Assembly (NCBI GenBank): GCA_029717555.1
Contig: JAMDHS010000129.1
Span: forward strand, 1 to 41,265
DNA from: Peribolospora baueri
Taxonomy: Eukaryota
Length of the DNA stretch: 41,265 nucleotides
Direction: 5' to 3'
Notes under the pieces: model-generated
What the model was told of the DNA's origin: nothing
Seen by the model: the letters and a program-made list of their open reading frames with translations, nothing else
Databases searched by the model: none
Part shown: positions 35,118-41,265 of the stretch, piece by piece
How the letters are laid out: each line of letters opens with the position of its first letter
Numbering within the stretch: the stretch's first letter is position 1
Program-made: the position numbers and the translations under genes

Positions 35118-37606
35118 ATGAGACCAGCAAACATGTTCTTTTTCACGCCCCGCTGGAAGACCCTCCGAGACTCTCATCTGAAGGAGCGGGACGTGGCCAT
35201 CCAGCGCGGGCGCGACCTGCTTGCGGAGCACGAGGCTGATGGCGCAAGCCTGGACGCGGAGATCCTCCGACAGGACATCGCCGGTTTGACGAAGGGCATC
35301 GAGGAGCGCAGGTGGGATGCGCGAAGGGTGCTCAGGGCATTCATAAGAAGTTCGATCAGGGCGCAAGAGCGGACGAACTGCTTGACCGAAGGTGAGCTGT
35401 CGAACAAACAGAGAAGAGGTTCCGAGTCGAGTTGAGGACAGCTTGTTGCTTACAGCCCTATTAACTTTCTTTTTTTCCATCCAGTCCTCTACCAAGAAGC
35501 GTACGAAGAAGCTACCAAGCTGGACGACCACTTTGCAGAGACGGGCCAGCTCAAAGGGCCGCTTCATGGTGTCCCCTTTTCCTTCAAGGACCAGTATGGA
35601 ATCCGAGGCGTGCACACGACATTGGGTTTTATCAACTGGATCACCTCTGAACCTGTTCCAAACCTGGAGGAGGAGGCGGTTTTGGTGAAAATTGTTAGAG
35701 CGGCTGGCGGAGTACCGTTCGTCAAGACCAACGTTCCTCAGGTGAGCTGTCAGAGCTTGAGTCGGACATGTTCTAATTTCCGCTGCATGCGGCAAGCGAA
35801 GGCCAACTGGAATGCTTAACCACATCCCTTTGATCCACCTCCTAGTGCCTCCTTGCCTATGAATGCTCCAACCCTCTCTTCGGTGTAACATCCAACCCCT
35901 GGTCCGCAGCGCACACTTCAGGAGGTAGTTCCGGAGGTGAAGCCGCATTGCTAGGCTGCGACGGCTCGGCCGCTGGGTTTGGATCTGACATTGGTGGATC
36001 GCTCCGCATCCCCACGGCCTGGTGTGGGACGTGGAGCTTGAAGGGATCTAGCCAACGCTGGCCTAATAAGGGAGTTTCTGCGTTGGGTGACGGTGAGTCT
36101 ATGAGACAGGCATCCACAGATATGGTTCTCAAATAACATCTGCTCACACACTGCTGTATCGGGGGCGACATCTCGTGACAGGACTGGAAGGTGTTAAGAG
36201 CGTTTTGGGACCGATGGGCAGGTCCCTCGCTGATGTCCGCATTGTCACGCAGCTCGTCTTCGACTATCTCCACTCATTGCCGGCTTCTGCCCCTGGCCTC
36301 TCGTCTTCCACTCTCACCACCGAGCCTCTCCTTCCCTTGCCCTTTCGTGACATCGATTTGCCGGACGTCCAGAAGGGCGGTCGACCTCTGCGATTCGGAT
36401 ACTACATCAATGATGGCTTTGTCAGAGCCAGTCCAGCTTGCAAGCGAGCAGTGGAGATGAGCGTGAATGCGCTGACAAAGGCAGGGCATGAATGTGTCGA
36501 AATTGAGATCCCTTCTGGTGCGTTCGGGAGATTATTGTAGACAGAACTCAAGGTCGCCTGCGCATCAATGGGTGCGTTTGGATGATTGACTTCCTTCTTC
36601 TGTGTCACTGTCTTTGCACAGCCGCTGAAGCTCTCCACACTTTTGTTGGCTTGACGTCGAGTGACGGGTACTACAACTTGACTAGGCACATCGGCGGAGA
36701 AGGGGTGTGTCCGTCATTTTCCCCTTTCATATTTCACTATTGCCAACTGAATCTTCAACATATGAATCCCCATCTCTTTTTACAGCGAGAACCAGCCTTG
36801 TTTCTTCCCGTCTTGGTGGCTCGCACACCGGGTGCGTCTTAAGACAATCTGCATTTCTGCGTGCTGCTTTCCAGACATTCTTCTCAATCTCTCTGTGTGG
36901 CATCCATGCAGCCTTCCTTCGTAACTTCGTTGCTTTCATCGTCCGCCGTGTCGTTGGTGATGTCCCGTTTGCTACGGCTATGTCTGGTGCAGGTGCAAAG
37001 AGCGCCCGCCAATACTGGTCCTACGTCCAGAAGAGAAACCACTACATACAACGCTTCAAGGACGAAGTGTGGATCAAGCATGGCCTTGATGGCATCATTG
37101 CTCCTACTAATGCGCTTCCTGCTATGCCCCACGGAGCGACAAAGGAGCTAAGGTGAGCTAGCTGTTCACAGGCACATACCTCTTGCACTCTCCTGTGTGT
37201 ATCCCTTTTCCGAGAGTCTAATCTGATGACAAGGAGTGATGCTCCTTGCTCCTCCCTCCTCGTTATCAGCATGGCGGCCATCGGCACTATCATATACAAT
37301 ATCACTGATGCCACAGTAGGCATTGTACCTGTCAGGCGCGTTTCCAGTAACCTGGATGAGGTATCGAAGACATGGCGATCGGCAGGTCCGGAAGGCAGCA
37401 AACTTGCTACAGCTCTCATGTATGACTCTGGCAAGTACTATGACCCACACAGGATGAAGAACCTGCCTGTGGGTGTCCAGGTTATCGGCCAGGAGTGGGA
37501 AGAAGAGAAAGTGCTGAAGATAATGGAGGTCCTCGATCGTGCCCTGGGTCCACGGGACCTCGGATACCCTGGAGCGTGGATAGACGCTCAATCTCAGCAA
37601 GCTTAA
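35118..37606 (+). CDS. Amidase-signature family enzyme (acetamidase/FAAH-like)
   Basis: GPLHGVPFSFKD (catalytic Lys), FVKTNVPQ/CLLAYECSNPLFG, TSGGSSGGEAALL, GFGSDIGGSLRIP (cis-Ser and nucleophile Ser) and LPVGVQVIGQEWEEEKVL. Many introns; the start may be 35133. Confidence 0.92.
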
Positions 37607-37855
37607 ACTTTGCCTCTCGCGGGCATTGTGAGCCTGTTCTCTTCTGTGTTAGAATAGTCAGCCTTTTCATGCGCTCTCATTCGTGGAAGATGGAAAGGAA
37701 CCACCTTGCCCTTTGGTGGGAGTCAGGTTTCCAACAACGCTTCACAATCTCTTAGACGGGATAAGAGTCGAGAAAAAAGTCCGCATCGTATGAAGCCGGA
37801 TTAAAGGGCAAATGTAGTATAATCGATCTGGGTCATCGATCCAGGTCCAGCTTCC

Positions 37856-39965
37856 TTAGTCACCACCCCTTCTTTTGTCCTTAGCATCTATCCTCCTGAG
37901 CGCATCCGTCGCCATCCTCTGTCCGGCCTGCAGACCGATCGCGTGGGAGAACTCAAAAGCTCGACGGAAGTATGAGCGCGCTAAGGAAAGGTCGTTGGCC
38001 ATCTGAATTAGGAAGCACGAGAGGGGAGATGCCAATGGCGAGACGGGTGGAGAGAAGAAGTTCGTATCAGCCAACCGAGCCAGATTAGAACATCTAGACG
38101 ACGACATCCACACGTCAGTTACCCTGTTGCGCAACGTACCTCCCCGAGAACGCCCAAGTTGAACAACAACGTCGCCCTCGTCCTTTGACACATCTCGGCT
38201 TCACTCTCGTCCAATTTCTCCGTTTTCTCGTTCGACGCGATCGAAGACGCCCCGCCACCCAATGCCGCCAGAGCCCGCCCCTCGTCCTGGGTGGTGAGAC
38301 CTGCGTCTCTCCGAGCAAAGTCAACGATTTCCAGGCCTTTTTGAGCCCAGGCCATGGCCTGGTCGATAGTTGAGGACTTGGGATCAGCAACAAGGACTTG
38401 GGCGAGATTGTTCATAATAATGCCGGCTGCCGGGAGCGGAGGAGAGATGGGGTACGTGGGACCATCGACGAAGCCCAGTGCGACGGCGACGGTTAGCTCG
38501 GGTCGTCTCTTTCAAGTAAAAATTCGCCCTCAGAACTTGCCGCTCTCACCTTGACAGCGGTCGGTGACAGATGGTCTAAATGGGCGAGGTTTTTCTGGCG
38601 TCGAAGGCGGCATCAGAACAGAGAGAGCTTGCAGGTAGAGCGGTACGGCGTATCTGTCCAAAGGAAAGTTCAATACGTGAGCAATAGGCCATTTCAAGCG
38701 AATTAAATCAACCCCATGTCGCAGAGACTCACTCCGCGTTGCCCTCCCGTGCATAAAACTGGCCCAAGCTCTCCAGCGCCGGGCCAACATCTTGCTTGCT
38801 AACCCAGGGAGGTAACTCAAGCTCTCCGATTGTCATCCTCTCACTCTCCTTCAACAGCGCGTCTTCATCGTCTGTTTTCCCACCAGCCATGACTCGTTCT
38901 GCCTCCGCCTTCATCCTTCCGCTCAATGTGAGCTTCAATAGCTCCTCTAAGCTCCAGATGAGGTAGCCTTCCTCCTCCGCCGAGCCCGACTTTACGTCCG
39001 GGCTCTGAGCGAGGTCGCCCAGTTTCTGAGCAATGGAGGCAGCGCGCAGTCTCTCTCTGGGCTTGAGCACCTTCTGCCTCTCAACGCTCAGCGGGGCAGG
39101 GCGTTGTCCAGAGGTCATTCCGCCGGTATCGGTGAGCGAGACGTAATCTTCATTTGGACCGCGAATCTCGTCGAAGGTGGCGCTCAGCACGTCGTATGCC
39201 TTTTGGTCTTGACCTGTGCCTTCATAAAGGGAGGCGAGAGCTATTGCAATTCCCGTCGTCTTGAGCAGACGGTCTGCACCAAGACGCTCATCGGGAAGGG
39301 AGCGTGACGTTTCTAGGGCCCTGTGGGATCGAGACAGGTAGATCACGAAGCGTCGTCAGACTCTGAACAATGGCGTGAGTACAGCCGAGACAAAATGTGG
39401 GCACCAACTTAAGAAAATGTGCCTCCGCTCTGATAGGGTCTCCTCGGTGCTGCGCTTTTAACGCCGTCCTCAAGTCGCCACGAACCTCCGCAGGCCACTT
39501 GGAGAAGGACGTGTAGAATTCGTACCTGTTCGTGTAATTCGAACAGCAGGCCGTGAGAACCATGAAATGTGATGATGTCCACAAAATGAGCGCTCACAGG
39601 CCGTAGCTAGTCAATGTCAAACCGAACAAAGTAAGGCTACAAGAGTGAAGGTTCAAAGACGCGCCCCTCGATTAGCCGAACTCATCGCAGATATCAGGAG
39701 AGAGTACCATCAATAGGTATACAACATACGCCGTAAAGGCCACGCCAACCCTGAGCCGATTATGTCCCGGTGGTGGTGGGGGAGGTCTGAAGCTTGAGCT
39801 GGCAGTCGAAGTGAGCCTGCCGGCAGTGACCGGAAAAGATAATGGCAGAGCGGACGACGACAGCTTCGAGGGAGAGCCGTTGCCGAAGCGAGGCTTCATT
39901 GTCGTACCCCGCATAAGCCGCATGAGCGGAGGCGCTCTCAAAAGAGGAGCTGTCGAAGCAGACAT
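37856..39965 (-). CDS. Mitochondrial membrane TPR-like protein, probably Mgr3-like (i-AAA protease adaptor)
   Basis: Presequence-like N-terminus and a single TM (GVAFTA/LTLFGLTLTSYGL/YEFY), then WPAEVRGDLRTAL, LLKTTGIAIALASLYE, LESLGQFYAREGNAE/YAVPLYLQAL, MNNLAQ and LLFNLGVLGE TPR-like helices. The Mgr3 assignment is from architecture only. Confidence 0.55.
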
Positions 39966-40741
39966 CGCTAGTGTTGGGGCTCCGACGAGTTGGTGTGCGA
40001 GTGTCAGGCGGCCTGGCCTGGCTTGCCGACGGACTGAGGTTGGACTCGTTGAAGATCAACACTTGTTCCCCGCCGCAGTCCGATCGATCAGACGGCAGTC
40101 CCGAGAGCTCTGGTCGCTGATGAGAACCAGCTGATGGAGTTAACGTCGGAGAGCGGGAGAGTTACTCTATCTATGGCGCAGATGTACCATTCTCTATCGT
40201 TGCAGCCTCTGCATGCGAAAGTGTAGCGGTACAGGCGGTGTGAAGAGCAGGAAGCCTGTCTGTTCACCTCGGGGTTAGGTTTGCTGGTTTTCCTCTACTC
40301 CATCCCCGACACATCTACCCCTTGGTATGCTTATCGGCCGATCTGTATTTATGTCTATGCTCTTAATTTCAGATTGTAAGAAAGAAACGAAGTGAGGAAG
40401 ACGGTCATAGGGGGCCGTCGGCGAGACGGCGGCGGCGTGCGCCTGGGCCGAGGTGGGCCGAAGACCCGAGAGAGCATGTCCTCCAGCGTTTCTTCCAGGC
40501 GTGAAAGTCAAGGGAAAGGGAGGAGAGCGGCGGCTGAGTGGAGTAGGGAAGGAGAGCCGCATTGCCGAAGGAGTTTGCGAATAAAGTCGGAGTGGTCCTC
40601 GTCAATCGCGGCAAGGACCTGGACAACGTCAGCTTGGCCCGGATGATTGCGTCCTGCGCAATGTGAGGCAAAGACGAGTCGTGAGGAGGGAACGGGGGAG
40701 GCACACGCTCGCGCTTCTGTTGACCGCCTTCCTTCGAAGCC

Positions 40742-41265
40742 ATGTCCGAGGCCGTCACTACCCCCCTTCCCCGCACCCCGCCCTGCGGCGCCAATCCGCA
40801 CGCCTCGGCCACCGTTTCCGGCCTCCACCGGCCCCTGCTGCGCCTCCTCGCCAATGGCGAACCGGTCACCGTCGACGAGCTCGCCGGTGCCAGCGGTCGC
40901 CCGGTCACCGACGTGGCCCGCACGGTGGAACGCTGGCACGACGCTGAACGGGACGACGCCGGGCGCATCGTCGGACTCGGCATAACCCTCAGGCCCACGG
41001 CGCACCGGTTCACCGTCGACGGGCGTGACCTCTACACCTGGTGCGCCTTGGACACGTTGATGTTCCCCGCCATCATCGATCGGACCGCCATGGTCGAATA
41101 GCGCTGTCGCGCTACCGGGGCCGTCGTCAGGCTCACCGTCCACCCAACCCACGTCGGCGCCGTAGAACCGCCGACCGTCGTCTTCCCCGAGTCCTGGACC
41201 TCTCTGCGGTCCGCTTTCTGCGACCGAGTCCACTTCTTTGCATCTGCCGACGCCGCAGCGTCATG
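40742..41265 (+). pseudogene. merB: Organomercurial (alkylmercury) lyase MerB homolog with an in-frame TAG; runs off the window end
   Basis: LHRPLLRLLANGEPVTVDELA...[94 protein letters not shown]. It carries the WCALD catalytic Cys/Asp and the FC..VHFF catalytic Cys. Stop at 41099-41101, with homology continuing in the same frame. Confidence 0.9.

Noticed and set aside
41099..41107. Programmed readthrough, pyrrolysine or A-to-I stop editing as the main explanation for the merB TAG
   Set aside because: The context TAG CGC TGT is not the CAR-YYA readthrough motif, fungi have no pyrrolysine system, and editing would give Trp at a small-residue site. The additional apparent deletion favours decay.
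40405..41233. Long minus-strand ORFs (241 aa and 202 aa) over merB
   Set aside because: Antisense shadows of a very GC-rich coding sequence, with no recognisable motifs.
39966..41265. A complete mer operon or a mobile element carrying merB
   Set aside because: No merR, merT, merP or merA, transposase, or terminal inverted repeats are visible inside the window.
1..41265. CRISPR arrays, tRNA/rRNA genes, transposon ORFs, telomeric repeats
   Set aside because: None recognised by eye. Small ncRNAs such as intronic snoRNAs cannot be excluded without an Infernal/Rfam search.

Overview
Gene-dense, intron-rich, GC-rich eukaryotic DNA, most likely from a basidiomycete fungus (GT-AG introns, CTRAC/CTAAT-type branch points, pyrimidine-rich leaders). 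Exons were assembled by eye. In order: Mediator Med11-like (+), CARM1/PRMT4-type arginine methyltransferase (-), BRD8-like bromodomain protein (+), Rif1 (+), Utp4 (-), Uds1-domain coiled-coil protein (+), mitochondrial IF3 (-), paraoxonase-fold protein (+), alanine aminotransferase (-), Mic19 (+), MgtA/MgtB-type (P3B) Mg2+ P-type ATPase (+), amidase-signature enzyme (+), Mgr3-like TPR protein (-). At the right edge is an intronless, very GC-rich bacterial-type organomercurial lyase (merB) interrupted by an in-frame TAG. Two things stand out. (1) The bacterial-type Mg2+ ATPase is fully intronised and is preceded by a long candidate leader carrying a uORF ending R-K-P-P-stop (strong-context UUG plus weak AUG start), a leader intron that hides a second uORF, and alternative pairings beside the start codon. 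This is a candidate eukaryotic counterpart of bacterial MgtL-type translational control. (2) The merB copy is probably horizontally acquired and appears to be decaying. All homology calls are motif recognition from memory, not database results.
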